62,066 bases of DNA from a virus (IMGVR_UViG_3300005404_000004:1-62066), one strand, 5' to 3'; counted from the stretch's first letter, positions 28,456 to 39,312 are shown. Numbers and translations are program-made. The notes: a model not told the origin generated them from the letters alone.

Positions 28456-29376
28456 TTAGTGTTTAATCCACTTAGATTTACCTCTTAATACTTGAGCTAA
28501 TTCGTTTATTTTTAAATTACTAAGTCTAATTTTTGCATTTTTCATTTTAGCATAAGCTTCTTTTTTATACAAAGGAGCCGCTCCTGCTGAAGAAGGCCGT
28601 AGCTTAGATAAATTATAAAGCATATTTGCATATACTGCATCCTCTGCTAATTTAGGTACTAATACATTATCAAAATTGCTATTATTACCTAATCCATCAG
28701 AAATATATTGTAACGATATTAAATCGCCCTCATTAAAAAATGAATTAAAATATACTTTACCCGCTTCTAAATCAAGTAAATATTCACCATTAATATTTTG
28801 TCTTTCTGGCTCGGAGCCATATCTTCTACCATAAGAAGAAATGTCATCGTCATCATAACCGTCGTTATAGTCTTCAATATTTTTTAATGTTGTAAAACTT
28901 CTTTCGGTTTTAAATCTATCTGCTGTTTCAGATATTTCACTAAATGTTAAATTACCTTCTTGATCATATATATATTTAAAATCCTGATCTTGCGCAACAG
29001 CTTTTGTTGGCTTTGTAGTTTTAGAATTTTGAATTGTTCTATGATTGCCATTTGCATCAACGTATGAAAATTTAACGTAATTAACATAGTCGGAGGGCAA
29101 AGAAAGCTGCAAAGTTGAACTTAATTCAATTTCAATACTTTTTTCTGCATGAAAAACATCATAGCTAAACTCCTGAACAGACCTTTGTGCCCAAAAAGCA
29201 ATTTCATATCTAGGAATTCTTGATAATACTTTTCCATCACCAACATAAGCAATCATAAAGTTATTGATTATGTCATTTAAATGGGTTCTGCTGTAATATC
29301 CGGGTATTGCTGTTCCTGTTCCTCCTTCTTGCGAAGAATAATTATCTACATCTAAAGGTTTTCTTGATATTGCCAT
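28456..29376 (-). CDS. tail ring/adaptor structural protein
   Basis: LPSDYVNYVK, LQYISDGL, VPKLAEDA; lies between the capsid and nozzle genes. Confidence 0.6.
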   Translation of the reverse strand: MAISRKPLDVDNYSSQEGGTGTAIPGYYSRTHLNDIINNFMIAYVGDGKVLSRIPRYEIAFWAQRSVQEFSYDVFHAEKSIEIELSSTLQLSLPSDYVNYVKFSYVDANGNHRTIQNSKTTKPTKAVAQDQDFKYIYDQEGNLTFSEISETADRFKTERSFTTLKNIEDYNDGYDDDDISSYGRRYGSEPERQNINGEYLLDLEAGKVYFNSFFNEGDLISLQYISDGLGNNSNFDNVLVPKLAEDAVYANMLYNLSKLRPSSAGAAPLYKKEAYAKMKNAKIRLSNLKINELAQVLRGKSKWIKH

Positions 29377-30122
29377 TATTGTTCAGTTGCTTGAATTTGT
29401 TGATCTTTTCCTTGTGCAAAACCTGCTACATCCGCTTGTTTGATTACAACACCAGCATAAGACAGTATTTTAGCAACCAAAGCGTGCTCTTCAGATTGGT
29501 GTAGCTCAAAGTCAAAAGATTTTGCTGTTGTGGAATAACTATCTGTTGATGGATCAAAAGCCGTAGAATCATATATAGGTTCATTAGGCACGCCGGCCGC
29601 TATTTGAGCAGCACTAGGCATTAAATAACCAAATTTAGGTTTAATAGGCTTTCTTAAATAATCTATAGTAACTCCAGTTGATATAGTTGTAGGATATACA
29701 ACTACACCATTAGAAACTAATGTAAATACAGGTTGTGTTTTTACAGGGGCTGTTAATGGTGATAAATTAACATATTTAACGGATTCATGCGAAATAAAAT
29801 CTGCCACTATATTGTCTACAGATATAACTCCTAATTTATAAAAATCAGAAGGAAATGCAAATATATCATTAGCTTTTGTTAAGCCCCCTGTTTTGTAAAA
29901 TATATTTATTTTTTCAGAGCTATTTAACAAAGGATCTGAAAAATCACTTTGCAATATAGGGCTGGCTTCGTAAGTAGCACTCCTAGCAAAGTATCCTTCA
30001 AATATTTCGTTTTGTGCCTGCGCAGCTAACTCATTAAATTCTTCAGGTGTTATATAACCTCTGTTGTCTTTGTTAGTTATTACAAGAACCGCTTTATATA
30101 CATTATTTATGTTTACACTCAT
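29376..30122 (-). CDS. tail tubular/head-tail adaptor protein
   Basis: NKDNRGYITPEEFN...AQ.EIFE, YLRKP..PK.GY, FELH.SE; probable start MSVNINN. Confidence 0.6.
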   Translation of the reverse strand: MSVNINNVYKAVLVITNKDNRGYITPEEFNELAAQAQNEIFEGYFARSATYEASPILQSDFSDPLLNSSEKINIFYKTGGLTKANDIFAFPSDFYKLGVISVDNIVADFISHESVKYVNLSPLTAPVKTQPVFTLVSNGVVVYPTTISTGVTIDYLRKPIKPKFGYLMPSAAQIAAGVPNEPIYDSTAFDPSTDSYSTTAKSFDFELHQSEEHALVAKILSYAGVVIKQADVAGFAQGKDQQIQATEQ

Positions 30123-30137
30123 ATTTTTTAAATTAGT

Positions 30138-30168
30138 GAGCACAAAGTTGATTTCTCACTTTATGCCC
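30138..30168 (-). other. intergenic stem-loop with GAAA tetraloop
   Basis: Minus strand GGGCATAAAG-TGA-GAAA-TCA-A-CTTTGTGCTC; no strong U tract. Confidence 0.5.
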
Positions 30169-30174
30169 TTTGTA

Positions 30175-30948
30175 TTATGAAATTTTTTTCATAATAGACT
30201 TCATTAAATCAATACCATCATCTGTTTTAAAATAAGCGGCTAGCGCTCCATAAGGGTGTTGATCAAAAGGTACTGTCATAACCTTTTTACCATTTGCTAA
30301 TTTAAACACGGTGCCATCGTCAGTTAAGTTTAATATACCTAATTCAACAGCCCTATTAGCAAGATTTCTTAGCTTTATATCTTCGTCTTTAGATAACTCT
30401 ATAAAAAGTTTTGGATCATTTTGTGCAAATCTGTATGCATCTCTTTTTAATTCTTTAGAGCTAAGGTCAGTAACTGTTGACCCTAATTCAGTTCGCATAA
30501 TAGCTTCTAAATGTTCAATGTCTAAAGTTTTAACAAGATTTAAAGCTTCTAATTCTAATTCTAAATCTTCAATTTCGTCAGTAGCCTCTGCCACTTCGTC
30601 AATTTCTTCCCACAAGTTTCCGGCTTGAGGGTGATATATAGATAATAGTTTTTGTAATGCTTGTTGTTGTCTAGAAACTTCAAGCACACCATCAAGAAAT
30701 ATAACATGGCCTAAAGTTACATAGCCTTGTTGTTCGTCTACAAATAAAGATTTTTGATTTGTAGCATATCTTATTTCTTTGTTTTCTCCAGTATTTTCAT
30801 CAAACCAAAACAATGGTTTTCTTAATGTGTGTTTAGACTGAATAGTCCAACTTATTGGAGATCTATTTTGAGTTAAAACATAAACTCTATCTTTTATTTC
30901 CCAACCCTTTTCAGGGCTAGTTTTTCTTTTTTGTATTTGTGTAGTCAT
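30175..30948 (-). CDS. conserved hypothetical protein downstream of the major capsid gene
   Basis: 257-aa ORF with IRYATNQKSLFVDEQ and an acidic helical middle. Confidence 0.7.
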   Translation of the reverse strand: MTTQIQKRKTSPEKGWEIKDRVYVLTQNRSPISWTIQSKHTLRKPLFWFDENTGENKEIRYATNQKSLFVDEQQGYVTLGHVIFLDGVLEVSRQQQALQKLLSIYHPQAGNLWEEIDEVAEATDEIEDLELELEALNLVKTLDIEHLEAIMRTELGSTVTDLSSKELKRDAYRFAQNDPKLFIELSKDEDIKLRNLANRAVELGILNLTDDGTVFKLANGKKVMTVPFDQHPYGALAAYFKTDDGIDLMKSIMKKIS

Positions 30949-30973
30949 GATATAATATAATAAAAATAAAAAT

Positions 30974-31005
30974 GAGGATAAGGGTGGCCGAAACCACCCG
31001 TCCTC
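30974..31005 (-). terminator. intrinsic terminator after the major capsid gene
   Basis: Minus strand GAGGAC-GGGTGGT-TTCG-GCCACCC-TTATCCTC followed by a T-rich tract. Confidence 0.75.
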
Positions 31006-31014
31006 TAATAATAA

Positions 31015-32541
31015 TTATGCTTTAAATAATACAAAGTTATTAGCACCTTGTACAATTAAACATCTTTCAGATAGATAGTGCATTCTCATTTCATCAATTG
31101 GTGATGAAGAAGCGCCACCTACAGATCCAGTAACCCAAGATTTCATTTTTCTGTTTTCAGTTTCAGAAGCTCTATATCTTACGTGTAGGAAAGGTCTCTT
31201 GATATTTTTTCCAAGAACTTGATCGTATACTGTTGAAGTACCAGCAGGAACTAGTACACCTTCAATATCTTTAAAACCACCTCTTGTTGAAAAATCATTT
31301 AAGTATTTCCAATCAGTTTTGTAAAAGTCATAAGAACCTCTTCTGTATCCAGTGAAACCTAGATTAAGAGCCATATCCTCGCTGTTGTTAAATACACCAA
31401 AAGAAGTACCTCCAGAGTATCCACCATTTTGTTGTGCAAGAATATCATCAATTTCTAAAGAAAGATCTCTACCTAAGAAAAGCATGTTTTCTTCAATAGC
31501 ACCTTGCTTATCTAATTGCTTAAGTACAGCATCAAAATCTGTTAAAGCACCACCAGAAGCTTGCGCTCCAAAGTCAGAATATACATTACCTCTTGCTTCA
31601 ATAGCTTCAAAGAAACCTTCAGTACCTCTAGCCGTAGCAGTGATACCTGAATCATAGAAATCTAAAGTAGCTCCAGTGTTTAATTGCTTAACACCTTCAA
31701 CCATAGACATTTCTAGATAATCTTCCCAACGTAGTCTGTTTTCGTGCTCAGACTTTAAATACCATAAATAACCAGATGCCCCATTTTCAGAAGTAACTTC
31801 AATCCATCCTATTTGAGCAGTGTCAGATCCATTGATTGAATAGTGCTCTTTAAGAATAATTGGAGAGTTAGTAAATGTAGCATAGCTAGGATCTAGTTTC
31901 TCAGTAAAGTTGCCAGTACCTTTTGCAAATTCAGATCCGTAAGCAAGAGCTGTAAATCTTTGAGCATTTGTAATAGCAGGAATTCCAGTTAAAGATTTAA
32001 CTTGGAAATAGTTACCAGAAACATTAGTTACAACACCTTTGATTACGGCGCCAGTACCTCCTACTGCAGATGTAGCAGAAGATTGAGCTTGAATCATAAC
32101 TGTTTGTCCTTTTCGGAAATTAACAGCAGTAGTTCCTTGTGTAGTAACACCTAAGCTTGTAGGCTGAGCTGTAGGAACATTAAAGTTCAATACAAGACCT
32201 CCGGTTGTAGCGGCACTTGCAGTTCCAGGAGTAGTTCCTGAAGTTGGCATTGTGCCTGCGTTACTTAGATAAATAGCATTAGCATATCGTGTATGCAATC
32301 TGCCTTGCTCAGTCCAGATAATTTGATCTGAAGTAGAAGGCATTTCGGCTGACACCATACGAAGGAAAGAGCCTATAGATCTGTTGCCATATCTTTCAAC
32401 TTCTTGTTCGTATACATCAGGTAAAAATTGTTGAGCCCACATATTAAATGAGCTGTCTGTAAAATCAATATAGTTACCAGCATATAATGCTTTGCTTTGG
32501 GTTGGTTGCAAAGCAGCTGGTATTCCACTTGTAAAAGCCAT
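31015..32541 (-). CDS. major capsid protein
   Basis: Follows portal and scaffold, precedes a terminator; QQFLPDVYEQEVERYGNR, WTEQGRLH, GTEGFFEAIEARG, HYLSERCL. Confidence 0.8.
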   Translation of the reverse strand: MAFTSGIPAALQPTQSKALYAGNYIDFTDSSFNMWAQQFLPDVYEQEVERYGNRSIGSFLRMVSAEMPSTSDQIIWTEQGRLHTRYANAIYLSNAGTMPTSGTTPGTASAATTGGLVLNFNVPTAQPTSLGVTTQGTTAVNFRKGQTVMIQAQSSATSAVGGTGAVIKGVVTNVSGNYFQVKSLTGIPAITNAQRFTALAYGSEFAKGTGNFTEKLDPSYATFTNSPIILKEHYSINGSDTAQIGWIEVTSENGASGYLWYLKSEHENRLRWEDYLEMSMVEGVKQLNTGATLDFYDSGITATARGTEGFFEAIEARGNVYSDFGAQASGGALTDFDAVLKQLDKQGAIEENMLFLGRDLSLEIDDILAQQNGGYSGGTSFGVFNNSEDMALNLGFTGYRRGSYDFYKTDWKYLNDFSTRGGFKDIEGVLVPAGTSTVYDQVLGKNIKRPFLHVRYRASETENRKMKSWVTGSVGGASSSPIDEMRMHYLSERCLIVQGANNFVLFKA

Positions 32542-32564
32542 TTGTAAAAATTTTTAAAATTAAG

Positions 32565-33842
32565 TTATTTAGTCCATTTTATACGAAGCTTGTCAGAAGA
32601 GTTACCGGAAACAACTTTTATTTTTTGGCCTGCTGGCGTGCTTATACTAGAATTGTCAACACGAGGTTGCATATCTATGTTTTTTGCTTTCTTAGCAGCA
32701 TCTTTTATTGCATCGGCACGGCCTTGCTCATAAAAATGATTTGCTATTTTATCAGCATTAGCGCCAACATATAAAGCCTTATGGTATTCCATTGGCTTTT
32801 CAATAACAGTTTTTTCTTTGTCCATGAATAAACTAGCAAAGTTTTTAAAATCACTTTGTGATTCTTTAACTTTTAGAGGATTCTCAATCTTAAATCTATA
32901 TTTGTTTTCACCAACCTTAAAATCAAAACCTTTGAATTCATCGTTAAAAACTTTATTCGTTTTTAAAGTAAAATCCTCTCTAATTTTTTCCGCTTCTTTT
33001 AAAGCTTCTTGATTATTATTATAAAGCTCTACGGCATCTTTATACTCTTCAGGGATACTATCTTGCTTTCTTAACTTAAGATCTGCATAGTATTTTTCTT
33101 TTGAATCTGTAAAATGCTTTTGAGCTTCATAAATTTTTTCTTTGAATGCTAATTGTTTTGCTTTAACTTCAGCTTGATCGGCTGTTTCTTCATCATAAGC
33201 AAAATCTTTTTGCATCAAAAAATTTATATCCTCATTATTTAAATGAGGTTTAGTTTGCCTTAAATATTCATATATTAGTGTAGCATTATCTAATTTGGAA
33301 TAGTCTTTATTTAAACTAACATAGTCTTCTAAAGAACCACCCGTTTCTTGCATAAAGCTTACTAACTTTTCAATATCTTCAGGGTAAATATTTTTTTCTT
33401 CTACCGCCTTTTGAACTTCCTCAACAATTTTTTCTTTTTGTTTAGTTTGCTCAACTTGTTTTTCTTCGGTATCTTTAATTAATTCTAAAGGAGAGTCTAC
33501 TCCTTGCCCTTGTTCTTCTTCGTTACTTTTATTTTCTTCTTCTTGTTTATTTTCTCCGGCAGGCTCTTTAGGTTCTTCTTCGTTTTTTTCTTGAACCTCT
33601 TTGCCAGCTTCGGATTCACCGCGTACAGGTATCTCATCTGTGCTTTGCTCTTGAACGGCATCTTCTTCTTTTTTAGCAGGAGGGGTGTCTACATTTACAC
33701 GATATACACCGTCCTCTTGAAATCCATAATTAGAATCAACTTCGCCTTTTTCTATTGCGTCTTGCAATACGTTGGCTTCTTTTTCTTGTGCTGAAACACT
33801 TTCGTTTGTTTCAACAGGTTTTACTTCAACTTGTTCTTCCAT
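32565..33842 (-). CDS. capsid scaffolding protein
   Basis: Highly acidic, Glu-rich N-terminal half, coiled coil, FYEQGRADA; lies between portal and MCP. Confidence 0.7.
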   Translation of the reverse strand: MEEQVEVKPVETNESVSAQEKEANVLQDAIEKGEVDSNYGFQEDGVYRVNVDTPPAKKEEDAVQEQSTDEIPVRGESEAGKEVQEKNEEEPKEPAGENKQEEENKSNEEEQGQGVDSPLELIKDTEEKQVEQTKQKEKIVEEVQKAVEEKNIYPEDIEKLVSFMQETGGSLEDYVSLNKDYSKLDNATLIYEYLRQTKPHLNNEDINFLMQKDFAYDEETADQAEVKAKQLAFKEKIYEAQKHFTDSKEKYYADLKLRKQDSIPEEYKDAVELYNNNQEALKEAEKIREDFTLKTNKVFNDEFKGFDFKVGENKYRFKIENPLKVKESQSDFKNFASLFMDKEKTVIEKPMEYHKALYVGANADKIANHFYEQGRADAIKDAAKKAKNIDMQPRVDNSSISTPAGQKIKVVSGNSSDKLRIKWTK

Positions 33843-33863
33843 GATATAATATAATATAATAAT
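33843..33863 (-). promoter_or_regulatory. AT-repeat translation-initiation leader (ATTATATTATATC-ATG), also present at 30949-30961
   Basis: The same + strand string CATGATATAATATAAT spans the start codons of the scaffold and 257-aa genes; no SD sequence. Confidence 0.4.
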
Positions 33864-33868
33864 TTATT

Positions 33869-36283
33869 TTACTTAGGTTCAAACCTTGATAGATCAAACC
33901 CACCTAAAACATCATTGCCTTTTGACTCAAATGATTTTTTAGGCTTTTCTGTTTTTGGAGGCCCAGCTATTGACGTAGAGCTAATTTTTTTGTCTGCTAT
34001 TCTTTCCTGGACTTCTGCCTGCTTTCCGGCTAATTCTTTTTGTGCTTTTAACTCTAATTCTTTTAATTTAACATTAAGCTCATATTCGTAATACATAAGC
34101 TCTTTTTTTGTTTTAGCCTCTATTTCTAATTTTTTAATATCTAATTCATTTTCAGCAGTAGATATTTGTACTGTAGATGCTGCTTTCATTTGAGCAGATT
34201 GAGCTTTTGCTTCTTCTATTTGTATTTGTGCTTGACCTTGCGCTTCCGCTTGTGCAACAGAAGCCGCTTTTGCCTGCTCTTGGTCCATTGCCGCTTTTCT
34301 TTGCCTTCTAATTTTTAAAAGCTGATTTGCTAGTTTAACATTTTTTATATCTCTAATGTCAATAGCATCTTCCAAGTTTATCCCTTGTTGTGATAGGGCC
34401 ACCTGTATGTTAGCTTCTAGTAATTGTTTTTCTTGTTCGTCTGGCTCTATTTCTAAAAATATACCAAAGTCATGAATATGCAGGCTATTAAGCTCTTGTA
34501 AAGCACCCACCGTAAATTGGCCTAAAGCACTAATAAACGATTCTTTTGTTGGGTGAAATTCTAATACATCTTTAAATCTTAAAGATATTGCTTCAGCTAT
34601 AGTTCCAGTAATAAACATACTACTGTCTAGTATATGCCTAGTTGCTACATTGCTATTTGCAGCAGCTAGTTTTTGTACTCCAACTAGGGCTTTAGGATCT
34701 GGGTCGGAACCATCCCTTGCTTCATTTAAACCAGTTATATCACGTATCATTTGTAAATACTGGTTATATGCACCTATAAGTACTTGCACTTGATTTCCGC
34801 CCCCTCCTGGAAGTTCTTGAATTGGAACTTTACCAGGATTAATATCGCCTTCTGTATTTAAAGATCTGCCTATAATAGAACCAGTCTGAAAATACATATT
34901 CAAAGCTTCCTGCGGATTGTAACTTGTGCCATTGCCTAAATCAATTTCTGAGAGCCCGTCTGCGTCTAAATAAACGCCAGAAGGAACCATCTTTTGGATA
35001 GCCTGTTGCATTTTTAAATGCGTTAGCTGAATTAGATCGGCATATGGTGTCATTTTTGAAACCAAAGAATCTATTTTGCCTTTATATATTCTAGGTGCAG
35101 AAACAATATAATTCATTAACACCTTGTTGGTATTAGAAAAAGGACGAATCATATTAGTAGCCTTTTCCCATTTTAGCAAATTATTATTGCCTAGCGCATA
35201 TACTCCTTCATAAATGACCTCTCTTGCTTGGGCCACTCTTTGAAATCTTGTTCTTTTATCTTTGGGTGGGTTAAAAGTATCTGATTTTTGTATAGCTCTT
35301 GCTCCACCAGATGTGGTTTCTTTTATTTTGTAAACATCGTTTTCAAATGTTTTCCAATTGAAATATAATAAACTTACCGTGTTGCTATCTTCTTCTTGCC
35401 CTCTATCACCTATAGAGTTTGAATATGAACTATAAGAATTTCCTTTTTGTCTTAAATCTTCTAATTGCTCAATGTCTAAATTTGGAAATTGCTTTTTAAG
35501 CTCATTTATTTTTACTCTTTTAACTTCACCAAAATAATAACAATCTTGGAAATTAGGATCTTCCGTGTACGACCATACTAAATTAGCGGGGTCTACGTAA
35601 TCTAATTTTATTCCGTCTGTATTATTAAAAGAATGTTTTACAGCACCTATACCTATTACAGCAATATCATAATCTACACGTTTTTTTATTTGATCATATT
35701 TATTGCTTAAAAATACATTTTGTATTGCTTGTTCTTGTGCTATTTCAATACTTTGTTTATATTGTAATTGCATATACAATTCAAGCTCTTCTGTATTTTG
35801 AGGAGCGTCATCATCAGGAACATTTCTAACATCTACATTTAATGTATTTTTTATATTGTCTATTAATGACTTTGCATTTATATCTCTTTGTATAGAGTTA
35901 ACAAATTCAGTTCTTCTTCCCGTTGATATTGGATCTTGCGCAAATGCTTTTATAGAAAATAATCTATCTTGCATGCCATTAACAACTATGTCAACAAATT
36001 TAGGAACTATTGGTACTGGTTTCCAATCTAAATTTAAATAAGATAGGTCTCCATTTATAGCAAACTCATCTTTATACTTATTAATAGACTGCTCACCTCT
36101 AGCATATAACCTAAGCCTATGGTACTCATCTCTAGATTGATTAAATCTTCCGGATGCTCCGTCTTTATTAAACCAATCTCGCTCAATAGCCTTTGCTACT
36201 TTTGTTCCGTAATCTATTGACTGCTTCTCTATGTCCAGCACTGCTTGACTAGGGAATTCAATATTTGTTTCAGTATATGCCAT
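33869..36283 (-). CDS. portal protein
   Basis: 804 aa directly after terminase; RLYARGEQ, LDWKPVPIVPKFVDIVVNG, TGLNEARDG, C-terminal coiled coil. Confidence 0.85.
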   Translation of the reverse strand: MAYTETNIEFPSQAVLDIEKQSIDYGTKVAKAIERDWFNKDGASGRFNQSRDEYHRLRLYARGEQSINKYKDEFAINGDLSYLNLDWKPVPIVPKFVDIVVNGMQDRLFSIKAFAQDPISTGRRTEFVNSIQRDINAKSLIDNIKNTLNVDVRNVPDDDAPQNTEELELYMQLQYKQSIEIAQEQAIQNVFLSNKYDQIKKRVDYDIAVIGIGAVKHSFNNTDGIKLDYVDPANLVWSYTEDPNFQDCYYFGEVKRVKINELKKQFPNLDIEQLEDLRQKGNSYSSYSNSIGDRGQEEDSNTVSLLYFNWKTFENDVYKIKETTSGGARAIQKSDTFNPPKDKRTRFQRVAQAREVIYEGVYALGNNNLLKWEKATNMIRPFSNTNKVLMNYIVSAPRIYKGKIDSLVSKMTPYADLIQLTHLKMQQAIQKMVPSGVYLDADGLSEIDLGNGTSYNPQEALNMYFQTGSIIGRSLNTEGDINPGKVPIQELPGGGGNQVQVLIGAYNQYLQMIRDITGLNEARDGSDPDPKALVGVQKLAAANSNVATRHILDSSMFITGTIAEAISLRFKDVLEFHPTKESFISALGQFTVGALQELNSLHIHDFGIFLEIEPDEQEKQLLEANIQVALSQQGINLEDAIDIRDIKNVKLANQLLKIRRQRKAAMDQEQAKAASVAQAEAQGQAQIQIEEAKAQSAQMKAASTVQISTAENELDIKKLEIEAKTKKELMYYEYELNVKLKELELKAQKELAGKQAEVQERIADKKISSTSIAGPPKTEKPKKSFESKGNDVLGGFDLSRFEPK

Positions 36284-36285
36284 AT

Positions 36286-38514
36286 TTATTTAATTAGCAT
36301 GCTTTTATTGCCTTCATTTTTATATTTTGAAAACGAAAAATTAAGTTTTTTCGTTGTTCTTTCTTGTCTTGGTCTGTATAAATGTTTTCTACAAGCCATT
36401 ATGGCTAAACCGCTGCTTATAGATGCATCATGGGCTGTACGTTTTGATATATCAAACTTAGCCCAATCTTCTAATGTTCTTTGAAAATACATATTTCCGT
36501 AATTTTCACCTAAAATACCAACGTTTTCTTCTATATAAGATTCTATTGCAGCCGCGTGGGCTTGTCTTATATCCTCAGAAGTGTTAGGTATACCACCTAG
36601 CTCAAATTCTGTTTTTGATAAATTGCCTATAAGTTTATCTGGGCGGTTCATAGAGTATCCTCTATAACCCCTCCTTTTAAAATGATATAATAATCTTGGC
36701 TTATTATTTTCAGCTAGTATGGACATACCATAAAAAACGCAAGCCATTAAAACATCTTCAAAAAATATTTCAGCTGTTTGGGGCCTTGCAATGTATTCTA
36801 AAAAAAATTTACTCGACGGGAAGTCGGAGTTCATTGAAAATGTAGTAAGCCCATGCAACGCTCCATTTGAACCACGACCACCAACTGTACCTGATATATC
36901 GTATGAATCACATCCAAAATATCCAAAGCCTTCATTCCCCGGATATTTTATTCCCTTTTTTTCAACTACATTATTTCTTATATGTTCTTTTGGAACCCAA
37001 CTTAACAAAAATCTTCCATTTCTATTTGGTGTCCAAATAACTTCAGTATCTTTAATTCCATTTTTCCAAGAAAAACTACCTTTAACAACATAGCCTTTCA
37101 TTGCCATTTCTTCATTATAATCTATTTGTTCGTATATTTTAGTAAGATTAAATAATGAGTTTAAAGTTTCATCTCTAAAAGCGTGTTTTTCTGATCTTGG
37201 AAATTGTCTATAATATTCATTTAGTGCGTCAGCGTCGTTTTTAAGACCTTCAACTTCATTTTCCCAATGCTCAATGACTCCCGTGGTAATGAGGCCTCCT
37301 TCAATTCCTTTAACCGGATTTTGTGGTGTATCGAACACAGGGTATCCATACACATCAATGAATCCTTCGTAGCCCCATTCCATAGGTATGAACAAAGAGT
37401 ATAGTCCACTTGCAGTCTGGCCATTTTTATTTCTTTCTGTAACATCTGAGTCATAATATAATTTTTTAAAATTATCACCCCCTTTATCTAAAGAATTTGA
37501 AGTTGACCCCATCAAGCATTTTCCAACTATTCTCGCTCCTAGCCTTAAGCAGGTTTTAGTTACTCGCCAGTTATTTAGTATATTATCGGGTCTTTCCCAT
37601 TTACCAGATTCGTCATGCACTAATAATATTAGCTTTTCACCATCATAACTATTATCACCAGTATTTTTCCAATCAATAGTTGTATCAAGACCTTGACCTA
37701 AAAGCTCGTCGTCGGACTCTTTAAAAGAATTTCTTGTTAATCTTCTTGACGGGACCTTGTAGGATAACTCGGTCTTCGGCCTTTCCATTCCGTCCTGTAT
37801 CGGTTTGAAAAAGAACGGGTAGTTGGTCGATATTGGTACGACTTTATCGGTGAACATTTTTTTAGCGTCAGAACCGGTCTTGGATAGTATGCCAAACCTC
37901 GAGTCTCTTGATGTTGTAGCCATGTTAACAGTTTCTGATGATGCCATGAAGCTAAACCCAGACCGTCTATTTTTGAGGTAGCACATACCGTAACATCTGT
38001 AATCCGCTTTGCACGCCTCCCAAAAGTAATAAAATATCCTGTTAGCATGTCTGAATTCCGGAGCCCCCACGTCAATCTTTGTCCAGTTGAGATACATATA
38101 GTGCGATCCTGTAACGTAACAGGGCTCACCATTGCACATGAACCAGTAACCATCATTACGCCTATTAAATTCAGTATCAATATAATTATAATACTGTTCT
38201 TTAGTTTGTTCGGGATGATGCTTAAACTCATGTACTGTTTTAATTTTGTTTAATGATTCAGGTCTATTCCTTCTAGTAAATATTTGGTTTTCTTTTTTTA
38301 AATGATCACCATCTATTTTATCAGGAGTTTTAGGTATTGCTATCTTAAGACCTTGAATTTCATATATCTCACCTATTGTACCGTCTTTACTAATTACAAC
38401 GCAGTCTAAATCAGCGTTATAACCATATTCGTATTTTTTATACTTGTTGTTTCTTTTTGTTTCTTTAGTATCTATGTGGTCTATAATTATGTTATAGAGA
38501 GATTGTTTATACAT
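36286..38514 (-). CDS. terminase large subunit
   Basis: Walker A KNRRSGFS, Walker B LVHDESGK, GSTSN, nuclease FGCDSYD...ENNK...HDASI. Confidence 0.92.
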   Translation of the reverse strand: MYKQSLYNIIIDHIDTKETKRNNKYKKYEYGYNADLDCVVISKDGTIGEIYEIQGLKIAIPKTPDKIDGDHLKKENQIFTRRNRPESLNKIKTVHEFKHHPEQTKEQYYNYIDTEFNRRNDGYWFMCNGEPCYVTGSHYMYLNWTKIDVGAPEFRHANRIFYYFWEACKADYRCYGMCYLKNRRSGFSFMASSETVNMATTSRDSRFGILSKTGSDAKKMFTDKVVPISTNYPFFFKPIQDGMERPKTELSYKVPSRRLTRNSFKESDDELLGQGLDTTIDWKNTGDNSYDGEKLILLVHDESGKWERPDNILNNWRVTKTCLRLGARIVGKCLMGSTSNSLDKGGDNFKKLYYDSDVTERNKNGQTASGLYSLFIPMEWGYEGFIDVYGYPVFDTPQNPVKGIEGGLITTGVIEHWENEVEGLKNDADALNEYYRQFPRSEKHAFRDETLNSLFNLTKIYEQIDYNEEMAMKGYVVKGSFSWKNGIKDTEVIWTPNRNGRFLLSWVPKEHIRNNVVEKKGIKYPGNEGFGYFGCDSYDISGTVGGRGSNGALHGLTTFSMNSDFPSSKFFLEYIARPQTAEIFFEDVLMACVFYGMSILAENNKPRLLYHFKRRGYRGYSMNRPDKLIGNLSKTEFELGGIPNTSEDIRQAHAAAIESYIEENVGILGENYGNMYFQRTLEDWAKFDISKRTAHDASISSGLAIMACRKHLYRPRQERTTKKLNFSFSKYKNEGNKSMLIK

Positions 38515-38759
38515 TATTTTATTCTATCTTCTACGCCTAAAAATTTTACAGACTCTTTATTTTGCTTTTTATTTTCTGAAAGCTCTTCTATTTTTTCTAT
38601 TATTTTAAATGAATCCTCTATCGCAACCCATTTTGCTTGCGCTGCTATTTTTGCTTTTTCAGGCTCTAATTCATTCAAATTTATTTTTTGTCTAATAACC
38701 TTGTCAAGTTCAAGTAAAGCTATTTCAGCAGCTTCAACTACTTTTTTGTGCCGGTTCAT
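38514..38759 (-). CDS. small helical protein upstream of terminase (possible small subunit)
   Basis: Position and coupled stop/start. Confidence 0.45.
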   Translation of the reverse strand: MNRHKKVVEAAEIALLELDKVIRQKINLNELEPEKAKIAAQAKWVAIEDSFKIIEKIEELSENKKQNKESVKFLGVEDRIK

Positions 38760-39312
38760 ATTTAATTGTAATTTGATTTGATAATACTCTATATAATTTT
38801 TGATCGTCTATATTAAATTCATATTCAGAGTCAGGCGAAAAGCCCACTACGTCTCCTACGGACAACCCTAACGAGTTCAAATACTTGTTGCTATACACAA
38901 GCTCTCCTAATAGTTTTTGCTCTCCTAAAACACTCCATTTTGAATCATCTTTAATAGGTTTTACAAAACAATATTCGTCTAAGCATTTCCATTCTCCATT
39001 TCTTTTATAAGCATATATTTGATCTGGAGCAACCATATAGTCATTTTCCTGTATAAGGCTGGACGAATCTTTTTCTTTCCCGCGTATATCAATCCATCTT
39101 CTAAAAACATTATGATGCAATATTACGCTATCGCCGGGTTTAATAGGAGTTTTAAACATAGCCGGAATTGCCTTAACTAAACCTATACGGTTAGTATACA
39201 TATAATCTCTTTCAGAAATTTCAGTATTAAGTATTAATTCTTTGCCTTCTATTTCTTTAGAGTTGTTATATCTTTTATTTGATTCAATAATAAAATTAAA
39301 AACTGACCTCAT
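38734..39312 (-). CDS. GroES-like (tandem-domain) protein
   Basis: Two GroES-like segments: IGLVKAIP...IKPGDSVILHH and GELVYSN...GLSVGDVVGF...EFNIDDQKLYRV. Confidence 0.55.
   Translation of the reverse strand: MRSVFNFIIESNKRYNNSKEIEGKELILNTEISERDYMYTNRIGLVKAIPAMFKTPIKPGDSVILHHNVFRRWIDIRGKEKDSSSLIQENDYMVAPDQIYAYKRNGEWKCLDEYCFVKPIKDDSKWSVLGEQKLLGELVYSNKYLNSLGLSVGDVVGFSPDSEYEFNIDDQKLYRVLSNQITIKYEPAQKSS

Noticed and set aside
9211-38514. Inteins or group I introns in nrdA, nrdB or terminase
   Set aside because: Motifs are contiguous and lengths compact; no intein splice motifs or frame breaks.
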